The notes under the pieces were generated by a model, which was given only the letters and a program-made list of their open reading frames with translations, was not told where the DNA came from and ran no database searches. A program made the position numbers and the translations under genes. From positions 233,355-297,354 of the forward strand of contig JACPWY010000010.1 of the NCBI GenBank assembly GCA_016196825.1: 64,000 nucleotides of DNA, read 5' to 3'. Origin of the DNA: Deltaproteobacteria bacterium (lineage in GTDB: Bacteria > Bdellovibrionota > FAC87 > UBA2466). This document shows, piece by piece, positions 19,685 to 27,690 of this stretch (within the stretch, counting starts at the first letter, position 1; every line of letters starts with the position of its first letter).

Positions 19685-20983
19685 TTAGTATCGCGCCCAT
19701 TGAGCTGTGAGGAGACTGGCGTAGCTCCACGTGAGATCGGGCGCGCCCTGCATGAAACCGGTGTTGCGATTCATCTGCTCGGCCATCGATCCATCATCGC
19801 CCATGTGAAATTGTGTGCAGGCTAGGTAATCGTCCCCGCGTTTTTGCGCCCAGCTGGTGGACTGGGGGCCACTCTTCTGACGAAACTCCTTGGCGAGGAG
19901 ATAATAGTATTCCGCGAAGGCGTTCGTATTGATAAACCAAGGGTTTCCGGCCGAGTTGGAGGAGAAGCCCGTGTAGCGATCCTCTGGGTAACGGCCGATG
20001 GCGATGCCTCGGTGGCCCATGTTGTTGATGGGGTAAATCCTCTTGAACGTGTCTTCGATCACGCGGACGGTCGCAATGACGTGATCATGGGAAGGAGGCA
20101 GAAAGCCATCATCGCGGTGGCCCTGGAGGAGCCCCAGCACGACAGAGGCATCAATGCCGCTGGTCTTGTAGTCGATGCCACCATCACGATCGAGCGTGCT
20201 GACAAAGTAGTTTCCATTCCAGTGGCGCATGATTTCGTCTTCCATCAGGTGGCCCTGCTCGCGGTACCAGAACGCCGCGCCCGCGTCGCCCAATTGATTC
20301 GCGAGGTCGGCGCCATCCAGGAGCGCCTTGCGCTGGACCATCCGGGTGTAGAAATGGTGGCCGCGGACCTCCTCCCAGAGATCGAATGAGGTGTTGCGCC
20401 AATTGTGGGAGACATATTCAAGATCGGTTTTGATGACCGAATCCCAGCCGCTCGTGTAGAGCTTTTGGGAGACAAGGTGGCTCTGGCCCTCGAGAATCAA
20501 GATGCGGGCAAGCCGAATGAGTGTCATGGCTCTCAAGGCTGGGCCGTCGTCCTGCGGTCGGCCCCAATCGCCATTGAAGGCGTCGCCGCTCGCAAGGAAT
20601 TTGGGTTCGCCCACTCCACCGCTCTTGTTGGGAGTCTTTTGGTTGCGGATGGACATGTCGACATAGTCGAAAAGGCGTCTTCTAAGGACATTCTTGATTT
20701 CGCCTTCGGCGCGGGCGTAGAGGGAGACGACTACATCTGAGGTGAGGGCGGCGTCGCGAATCCAGTGATAAAAGTAATCGGGGTTAGATTTCGATGGGGA
20801 GGCCACCACGATTCCGGCGGGAGTTCCCGGGGGTGAAATGTTGGCCAGCATTTTTTGCGTAGCAATGGGTTGTGACCACTGGATCCATTGATCGAGCGCG
20901 AGACTGGTGGGGCCCTGCGGGCCGGCGTGAACTGTCGACGAAAAAACAGCGAGCATCACCGAGGATCGAAGAAGATTGCACAT
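19685..20983 (-). CDS. GH15 glucoamylase, fungal-type catalytic domain only, with signal peptide
   Basis: GIVVASPSKSNPDYFYHWIRD, GVGEPKF, WGRPQDDGPALRA, FDLWEEV, IGRYPEDRY, GNPWF, GSMAEQ, DLTWSYASLLTA. Confidence 0.85.
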   Translation of the reverse strand: MCNLLRSSVMLAVFSSTVHAGPQGPTSLALDQWIQWSQPIATQKMLANISPPGTPAGIVVASPSKSNPDYFYHWIRDAALTSDVVVSLYARAEGEIKNVLRRRLFDYVDMSIRNQKTPNKSGGVGEPKFLASGDAFNGDWGRPQDDGPALRAMTLIRLARILILEGQSHLVSQKLYTSGWDSVIKTDLEYVSHNWRNTSFDLWEEVRGHHFYTRMVQRKALLDGADLANQLGDAGAAFWYREQGHLMEDEIMRHWNGNYFVSTLDRDGGIDYKTSGIDASVVLGLLQGHRDDGFLPPSHDHVIATVRVIEDTFKRIYPINNMGHRGIAIGRYPEDRYTGFSSNSAGNPWFINTNAFAEYYYLLAKEFRQKSGPQSTSWAQKRGDDYLACTQFHMGDDGSMAEQMNRNTGFMQGAPDLTWSYASLLTAQWARY

Positions 20984-21043
20984 TGTTGTTCCCCCAAATT
21001 CAACCGCAAAAACCCGCCAAATCTAACCGAAAAACCTTTCCGT

Positions 21044-22468
21044 TTAACGACGCATCAAATCATGCGAGGGGTATGAAATCAGAGGTACCTTCTGGAGGAG
21101 AGCGAAATGGGAATCCTGGTAGAGAAGGCGGAAGTTGGGTGGGGGAGTTCCTTTTGCGCTCTCAATGCGAAACGGAGCGGCTGGATCGCAGTTCGCGATG
21201 AGGCGAGCGCCTAGGTAGTAATAGACGAGGCTCGACCCTTTCCAGACATCCAGCCCTACGCAATCACTCACGGCCACCCCTCGGGTGAGGGCCGGAATCT
21301 CAGTTTGCCCGATCGAGTGGAAGAATTCCTCTGCTGGGCGCGGATAGCGAAAGAGCGATGGCAGCGTGGCCCCCAAAAAAAGAAGGATCACGCCGAGGGC
21401 AAGGCACGATCGGGCGAGGAGTTTCTTTGTATTGCGTCCCGACGCCTTCATTTGAAAAGGAATGGCAGCGAGGAGCGCCAGGGCCGGCGTGGTGAGATTG
21501 GCGTACCAGCTGGATTTTTTTTGAAAGAAAGAAAAGGCGATGAGCGGGCCCATCCAAAGGATCAGGCCCAGAAAAAAAACTGCGCGCCCGGTTTTTTCGG
21601 CACTTCGGAAAACAAAAAGTGGCGAGAGAAGGGCCGGAAGGAGCCAGGGCCATTGCCGTGTGAGGACATCTTTGAAGTAGAAGAGCGTATCGGCTGTCTG
21701 TGGAGTCGTTTCAAGCGCTGCGGGAGCGATCTGCGCGCGGAAGTAGTCATCGTGGAACCAGTGCCCGGACGCCGAATGGTGCCAGAGCTCGAAGACAAAG
21801 AGCGGGATCAGAAAGCCCAGTGTGCTCCTAAGAGCTAGTCGGAGTGCGGTCGGGCGGTCGAGGTCATAGCTAAAGGCCAGCCAGGTGAGGGCTGGGGCCG
21901 CAATGAGGATCGGCGGCCCCTTGGTGAGCCAGCCTGCGGCAAGGGCCCACCCGGCGATCCAGGCGTAACCTACACGGCGCCCCTTCATTGCGATGATGCC
22001 GAGGTAGAGCGCAAGGCACAGAAAGAAAATAAGCGGCGGTTCGAGCATGGGGTTTCGTCCGTCGCGGATGAAGGGTGGGGTGAGACAGAGGATGATGGCG
22101 CTGTAGAGAGCGTAGCGATCGTCCCAGAGTTCTTTTGCTGTCTGATAGAGGAGGCCAACTGTCGCCGTCGAGAAGACGACGGGCGGGAGAACAACTGCCA
22201 GGCTCGTCGATCCGAAAAGGCGAATCGAGGCAGCGAGAACCCATTTCATCAGGGGCGGGTGGTCATTATAGAGTCTGCCGTCGACCCAGTTCATTTGGGT
22301 CCACTGCCAAATTGGTTTCTGGGCGAGGAGTTTGGCGATCGCGGAGTAGACGACTCCATCGACGGAAAACAGAGTGATATCTTCAAGCCGCAGCCACAGA
22401 ATCGCTATCGCGAGAAATAGAACCGACGGAAGATAGCTCGGCGTGCGCGGCCCAGCGCAGAGTCTCAT
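21044..22468 (-). CDS. GT39/ArnT-type (PMT family) polytopic membrane glycosyltransferase
   Basis: 474 aa with more than 10 TM segments and an N-terminal loop typical of the ArnT/PMT_2 family. Confidence 0.6.
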   Translation of the reverse strand: MRLCAGPRTPSYLPSVLFLAIAILWLRLEDITLFSVDGVVYSAIAKLLAQKPIWQWTQMNWVDGRLYNDHPPLMKWVLAASIRLFGSTSLAVVLPPVVFSTATVGLLYQTAKELWDDRYALYSAIILCLTPPFIRDGRNPMLEPPLIFFLCLALYLGIIAMKGRRVGYAWIAGWALAAGWLTKGPPILIAAPALTWLAFSYDLDRPTALRLALRSTLGFLIPLFVFELWHHSASGHWFHDDYFRAQIAPAALETTPQTADTLFYFKDVLTRQWPWLLPALLSPLFVFRSAEKTGRAVFFLGLILWMGPLIAFSFFQKKSSWYANLTTPALALLAAIPFQMKASGRNTKKLLARSCLALGVILLFLGATLPSLFRYPRPAEEFFHSIGQTEIPALTRGVAVSDCVGLDVWKGSSLVYYYLGARLIANCDPAAPFRIESAKGTPPPNFRLLYQDSHFALLQKVPLISYPSHDLMRR

Positions 22469-22839
22469 TCTGAGAATCTACCAGATGGTTGCTACCACTC
22501 GCAAAAAGACCCGGACTTTTTCGTGCTCGTTGTCGACGTCGACTTGCAGGAGCCATCTTAGTGCCCAAGCGGAATCGGTGACCGCTACCTCTTAGGCCTA
22601 AAATACGACGGGCACGCCATTGGAGCCGAGGGAGAACGGCGATTGTCGGCAGTGGGGTGACGGTTTTGGGCAGGGGGGAAAGAGGTTGGGCGGGGGTAGG
22701 CATGGAAATTCGGGGATTTGTGCGGCATTGGGCTTGCACTGGAGCAGGTCCGAGGGGGTGATGAGGGTGCTGATTGCGCTCTCCCGATCTGGCTTGTGCC
22801 AGTCAAATCCCACCTCACTATTTTAAGAAGGAGTCCCTC

Positions 22840-24081
22840 GTGAAAATTACCACCCGCAACGGTTGCGATTTCCGCTCCGTGTCTGGCGACTTCAGCACAA
22901 CGACCCTTGTTGAGCTTACGCCAGATAGCCGTTTGGCCCGCATCCCTTCCAACGTGGTTTTTCTAGTCGATGCCTCGAGCTCGATGGGTGGCAATAAGTG
23001 GTCGATGGTGAAGCAGGCGATCGGTGAGATTGTGGATTCTCTGAAAGACGACGATCGCGTCTCCTTAGTTTTGTTTCATTCCTCCGCCAGCGAAGTTTTC
23101 CCGCTCGCGTCGCTCGCCCAAAATCGTGAGGCGATGAAGGAGAAAATCAAGAATTTGAATGCCCCCTCGGGCGTGACCAACCTCGAACAGGGTTTGAAGG
23201 TAGCCTACGCCACCTTCGATGCCCGCGCGAACGTGGACAAGGTGAAACGAGTCAACCATGTGATCCTGCTCACCGATGGTTTTCCGACCGATGATCAGGG
23301 CTATCGAGTGGAGCAGACGGCTAAGTACGAATCGATCGTGCAGAAGCAGGAACACATCACGCTCACCGGAGTGGGAATCGGTTCCGCGGACGATTATGAC
23401 TCGAACTTCATCAATAAGCTTTCTGAACTGGGCCGTGGTTCCTATTACCACGCCAACGACATTGCGCGCTTCCGAGAGGGCCTCCAGGCCGAGATCCAGA
23501 AGCTCGAATCATCGGTGGTTGGTGATTTGACCTTGCACTTCACCAACGTGAATTCGCGTGTGATGCGCATCGCGAAGGTGGCCCCCGAGATCGTGATTTA
23601 CGATCTTCCCGGGAACTCGAGGAGTTTTGAGATCAAGGCCGGTTCTTTGACGAAGGATCTTTCAGCCTTCCTGGTGCAGGTGAATTCGTCGGCTACAGGC
23701 GCGACGGGCGAAGAGCTCACTCTTTTTACGGTGCATGCGAATTATGACGGCAAAGAGAGCGATCGAGTTGAGGTGAAGATCAAGCCCTCCGATCGTGACA
23801 CCGATCTCAATACCTTTGATCCGGAAGTGATGCGCGCCAGCCAGGTGTTACAGGTACACTTGAATGGCGAGCAGATTCATCTCAGTCTTTCTTCGGGGGA
23901 CAAAGCAAAGGCCACTCGACTCATCGAGAACACCACCAAGATCGCCAGCAATCTTGGTCAGGACAAGGTCACTCGCGCGCTGACTCGCCTGGCGGACGAC
24001 GTCCGCAAGGGCAAGTCGGTGACGGACGACCTTGCCACGATCAAGGATGAGTCCAAAAAGACCAAGCTACTCATCAAGTAG
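22840..24081 (+). CDS. von Willebrand factor A (vWA) domain protein
   Basis: GAAGGAG SD + GTG 22840 (the ORF is open from 22774). MIDAS VVFLVDASSSMGG, LLTDGFPTD. About 190-aa beta-rich plus helical C-terminal extension. Confidence 0.8.
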   Translation: MKITTRNGCDFRSVSGDFSTTTLVELTPDSRLARIPSNVVFLVDASSSMGGNKWSMVKQAIGEIVDSLKDDDRVSLVLFHSSASEVFPLASLAQNREAMKEKIKNLNAPSGVTNLEQGLKVAYATFDARANVDKVKRVNHVILLTDGFPTDDQGYRVEQTAKYESIVQKQEHITLTGVGIGSADDYDSNFINKLSELGRGSYYHANDIARFREGLQAEIQKLESSVVGDLTLHFTNVNSRVMRIAKVAPEIVIYDLPGNSRSFEIKAGSLTKDLSAFLVQVNSSATGATGEELTLFTVHANYDGKESDRVEVKIKPSDRDTDLNTFDPEVMRASQVLQVHLNGEQIHLSLSSGDKAKATRLIENTTKIASNLGQDKVTRALTRLADDVRKGKSVTDDLATIKDESKKTKLLIK

Positions 24082-24108
24082 GGTCTTTCGTCTTAAGGGG
24101 GGAAACCT

Positions 24109-25521
24109 GTGGCAGCCTGTTCAACTTGCGGCTCCAATCTGATCGCGGGGTCCCCCTTTTGCGATGTTTGCGGCGCGACGGCCACTCAGATCCAGGTCGC
24201 CCGTAAGCTTCGCCAATCCTCCTTCGATTCCATCACAGACGCCAAAGAGGGCTTGCTCGCCCCTGGGGAACGTCTCAAGGGCAAACACACCTACATTATT
24301 GAAGAGGCGGTTGCGCGCAGTGGTTTTGGTGCCACCTTTCGTGCGATGCGCATGAAGGACGAGAAGCAGCTTTTGATCAAGCAGATGATCGAGCAGAGCT
24401 CATATGATGCCGTGAAGTCGGAGCTCTTGAAGGCGTTTAAGCGGGAAGCCAAGTTTTTGATTAAGACCAAGCACCCCGCCTTTCCCAAGGGCTATGAGTA
24501 TTTTGAAAGAAACCGCTCCATCTTTTTGGTGATGGATTTCATCAACGGCAAGGAACTTGCCAAGGCTCTGGAAGAGCATCGTGCGCAGTACAAATCGATC
24601 GAGGATGGATTGCTCGTGTTTCTGGGCATTGAGATCGCTGACGCTCTCGAGCACGTTCACAACCAGGGCTTTATCTACCGCGACTTGAAACCGCAGAACG
24701 TGATGCTCGACGGAATCAGTTCACGCGTGAAGCTCATCGACTTTGGCACGCTTTACCATGCGTCGGATAGGGATCCGCTTCTGTTTGAATCGGAGGGCTA
24801 CACACCCACAGAGTTCATGGACAAATCGAAGAAGTTTCTTCCCTCGGGAGATGTTTACAGCCTCGGTGCGCTTCTCTTTGAGGCTGCGACCGGGGACACA
24901 CCTAAAAAGGGGGCCGCGAATGTCTTGAAGGACGCCAAGCGCGACCGGCGGCTCTGTGAAATCATTACGAAGTGTCTTGTTGTCGATCCCGCTCAACGTT
25001 TTCAGAAAGCGCGAGATGTGAAGAGCGAGCTCCAAAAGCTTACGAAGAAGGGGTTTTGGCCATTTCGGAATCCGAACTCTATCTCGCCTGTAGAGCTATC
25101 GGTATTGCCAAAGACGCTCTATCCTGCGGCTTGTACCTTTTGTGAGTTTTGCGGCTTTGCCGATTCCAGCTCGCAGCTCGGGTATTGCAAAAAGTGCCGC
25201 GTGCCGCTCAAGGTGGGGCGAGTGAATCTTCAGATCGACAAGAAGACGAACAAGGAATTCTTCCTCTACTCGGATGAGACGATCATCGGCAGCTCGCCCC
25301 AGTGCCATTTCCCGATCAACCTCAAAAACATGGGGATCGAGGGTAAACACCTGCGCATCTTCCGCCGCGCTACTGGGCTCTATCTTGAGACCGTGGACAA
25401 GAACAAGGATCTCACCTCTCTCAACCGCCGCAAGATCATCGGCCCCGTCGAGCTCATCGATGGCGATACGATTGAGCTCGGCAAACTCCATCTTAGCTTC
25501 ACAGTTAAAGACGCCTGCTAG
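24109..25521 (+). CDS. Zn-ribbon / Ser-Thr protein kinase / Zn-ribbon / FHA multidomain protein
   Basis: CSTCGSNLIAGSPFCDVCG. Kinase motifs LLIK, YRDLKPQNVML, DFG, TPTEF. CTFCEFCG...CKKC. C-terminal FHA-like region ETIIGSSPQCHFPI...GKHLRIF...NRRKI...LIDGDTIELG. Confidence 0.85.
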   Translation: MAACSTCGSNLIAGSPFCDVCGATATQIQVARKLRQSSFDSITDAKEGLLAPGERLKGKHTYIIEEAVARSGFGATFRAMRMKDEKQLLIKQMIEQSSYDAVKSELLKAFKREAKFLIKTKHPAFPKGYEYFERNRSIFLVMDFINGKELAKALEEHRAQYKSIEDGLLVFLGIEIADALEHVHNQGFIYRDLKPQNVMLDGISSRVKLIDFGTLYHASDRDPLLFESEGYTPTEFMDKSKKFLPSGDVYSLGALLFEAATGDTPKKGAANVLKDAKRDRRLCEIITKCLVVDPAQRFQKARDVKSELQKLTKKGFWPFRNPNSISPVELSVLPKTLYPAACTFCEFCGFADSSSQLGYCKKCRVPLKVGRVNLQIDKKTNKEFFLYSDETIIGSSPQCHFPINLKNMGIEGKHLRIFRRATGLYLETVDKNKDLTSLNRRKIIGPVELIDGDTIELGKLHLSFTVKDAC

Positions 25522-25553
25522 GCGGGGGTTTCGCCAAGGCATATAATATTTGG

Positions 25554-26726
25554 GTGTTTGCCATTCTCCTTTTTCTGTTGGGTACAATATTTGCCGCAGC
25601 GCTTGAATATGACGCGGCCAATTGTCGAAGGGTTACGGCAGAATTTGGGTCTGCGCTCTCAGAGCCAGCATTGAGATTCGCTGAACGGCTCAATGAGATG
25701 TTTGGAAATAGGCAACAGGGCCATTCTCGCCAAGAGCGACAGTTGAGGGAGGTTTTGGAGCTTTTCAAAAGGTACGTGACCCAAACGGACGCCCACAAGG
25801 CGTATGAAGAACTGCTCACCGATGAGACCGGCAAAGGCAATCCCAAAGATATGGCGGAGCTGGACGGTGAGAAAAAACGCTCCGAGAAGGTCATCGCTGC
25901 GCTGGCGCCCGAATTGCGAGACCGACTGGTGGAGTACCTTGATCCGATGCACCAACAAACGAAATTTTTCCTCGAAATTGACTCTGCCGGGGGAGGCGAC
26001 GATACCGCGTCCCATGTCCAAAATCTCACTGGCTACTTTGCACGTCTTGGAAGTGCGAACGGCTGGAAGGTAACAGAGGTCTCTTCTCAGGAAAATGAGC
26101 ACGGGGTCCAGAAGCATATTGTTCTCGAAATAGAGGGGGCCAGCGCCTACAGGTTTCTGAAATTCGAGGCGGGTCAGCATAGAATTGAATACAAGAAATC
26201 GAGCAAAGTGCATACCAGCACTGTGAATGTTTCTCTCTGGCCGAAGGTCGATGCTAAAGCCTTCACGTTGCAAGAAGCCGATGTTGAGATAACCACCCAA
26301 AGAGGTTCTGGCCCGGGCGGACAAAAGGTTAATAAGACAGACTCGGCTGTTCGCGCCAAGCATGTTCCCACCGGTCTTTCGGTGTTGGTACAAGACGAGC
26401 GTTCCCAGGCCCAAAATAAGACGAAGGCCCTTGAACTATTGGCCGCCAAGGTATCCAAACTTGAGGCGGATAAGGCTGAGAAGAAAAGGGTCGAGGACCG
26501 GGCGAGAGCGGCTGGGACTGCTCGCCCGAGAGCGGAGCCCCGCATCCGAACCTATGATCTTGGGGACAATCGAATCACCGACCACAGAACTGGACAAAAA
26601 GAGAACCAGAAGATGCACTCTGTGTCGGAATCCATCACACAGCCTTTCTACGATGGCCTGCAGGGTTGGTATCTCGAGAACCTTCTTGAAGCTAGCGAGT
26701 CACCGGCAGCACCACGTCAGCACTAA
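25554..26726 (+). CDS. Class-I peptide chain release factor (RF1-family) paralog lacking the PxT motif
   Basis: GSGPGGQKVNKTDSAVRAKHVPTGLSVLVQDERSQAQNK and RIRTYDLGDNRITDHRTG are colinear with RF1. The decoding loop reads HRIEYKKSSKVHTS. Start is uncertain: GTG 25554 gives a hydrophobic N-terminus, and the first ATG is at 25698. Confidence 0.75.
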   Translation: MFAILLFLLGTIFAAALEYDAANCRRVTAEFGSALSEPALRFAERLNEMFGNRQQGHSRQERQLREVLELFKRYVTQTDAHKAYEELLTDETGKGNPKDMAELDGEKKRSEKVIAALAPELRDRLVEYLDPMHQQTKFFLEIDSAGGGDDTASHVQNLTGYFARLGSANGWKVTEVSSQENEHGVQKHIVLEIEGASAYRFLKFEAGQHRIEYKKSSKVHTSTVNVSLWPKVDAKAFTLQEADVEITTQRGSGPGGQKVNKTDSAVRAKHVPTGLSVLVQDERSQAQNKTKALELLAAKVSKLEADKAEKKRVEDRARAAGTARPRAEPRIRTYDLGDNRITDHRTGQKENQKMHSVSESITQPFYDGLQGWYLENLLEASESPAAPRQH

Positions 26727-26887
26727 TCCCTCAGCTCGATCCCGCCTCTCCTCACAAATACCGGGATTCATTTACGCACGGAATATGGAGTCACCGATTT
26801 TCTCGGGTCGCATTGACTTGGTAATGCCACGCGGCATACTTTGGCGGTTTGGGGCGGTTCTGGGGCCCTGTCATCGGAGAAAAGTAC

Positions 26888-27637
26888 ATGAAGTTATTGA
26901 TGATTAGTGGGCTGACCTCTTTGCTGCTTCTGGGCTGTCTGGACAAGATGGAAAAGGTGACCTCCGACACTCGGGATGCCGTTCTAGACACGAGGAATAT
27001 GGCCCAACTGGCCACGGCCCTTGAGATTTTGCACGATGAAGGGAACGACGACATGGCTCTGCGAGCGGTGGCCGCGGAAGGTGTTTTCCTATTGGCCCCC
27101 GAGGACAGAATTCATAAGTACATCGGCTGTCGTTATCCTCTGAATGTGGGGGCCGATCCCGACACGAAGTACCCCAACGTCACTCGAGTCTTTCGCTCGG
27201 GGTCGTATGGCCCGGAAAAGGCTCCCCCGATCGATCCCGGGGTGTCGGCTCCGAAATCGCCTGTGGTCTATGCGATCATGGAGCACGCCGTCCTGACTTT
27301 GCTGAACGATCTGGCCCAGGTGGCAAACAAGGATCTTCCGAATGAAAAGCTCGAGGACTATAGGGGCAAGGCCAGGAGGATGATCCCCATCGCGACGGCC
27401 ATCTTTGGCGCGCGCGTTCACATGGATATGGAAAAATATTTTCGGGATGTGGAGACCATTGCTTCGCTCGACAATCGCAACCAGGCAGTGAAACTCAAGA
27501 GTCTCGACATTCGCACAAAGGGGGCTCGCCTTCTCCGTCGGGTCGTGGCGAAGTATCAGATTGAGGAGAACGACATCAACACGCTGCGCGTTCTGATGTC
27601 CGAGCGCATGGGATTCGACTACAACCTCATCGACTAG
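26888..27637 (+). CDS. Lipoprotein of unknown function
   Basis: GGAGAA SD + ATG 26888. MKLLMISGLTSLLLLGC lipobox. Confidence 0.6.
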   Translation: MKLLMISGLTSLLLLGCLDKMEKVTSDTRDAVLDTRNMAQLATALEILHDEGNDDMALRAVAAEGVFLLAPEDRIHKYIGCRYPLNVGADPDTKYPNVTRVFRSGSYGPEKAPPIDPGVSAPKSPVVYAIMEHAVLTLLNDLAQVANKDLPNEKLEDYRGKARRMIPIATAIFGARVHMDMEKYFRDVETIASLDNRNQAVKLKSLDIRTKGARLLRRVVAKYQIEENDINTLRVLMSERMGFDYNLID

Positions 27638-27690
27638 TCGGCGCTCAACAATGTCCGATCCGGACGCTTCGGGTATGGACTTGAGGGCTT

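Noticed and set aside
22469-22839. Possible known structured RNA (RNase P RNA, tmRNA, SRP RNA, 6S) in the long spacer
   Set aside because: I could not find hallmark sequences on either strand: no GAGGAAAGUCC-type P4 strand, no tmRNA tag reading frame or tRNA-like ends, and no SRP GGAA/AGCA domain IV motif. It is kept only as an unexplained G-rich leader.
25659-26414. 251-aa minus-strand ORF
   Set aside because: It is antisense to the RF1-like gene, whose GGQ and flanking motifs are unmistakable.
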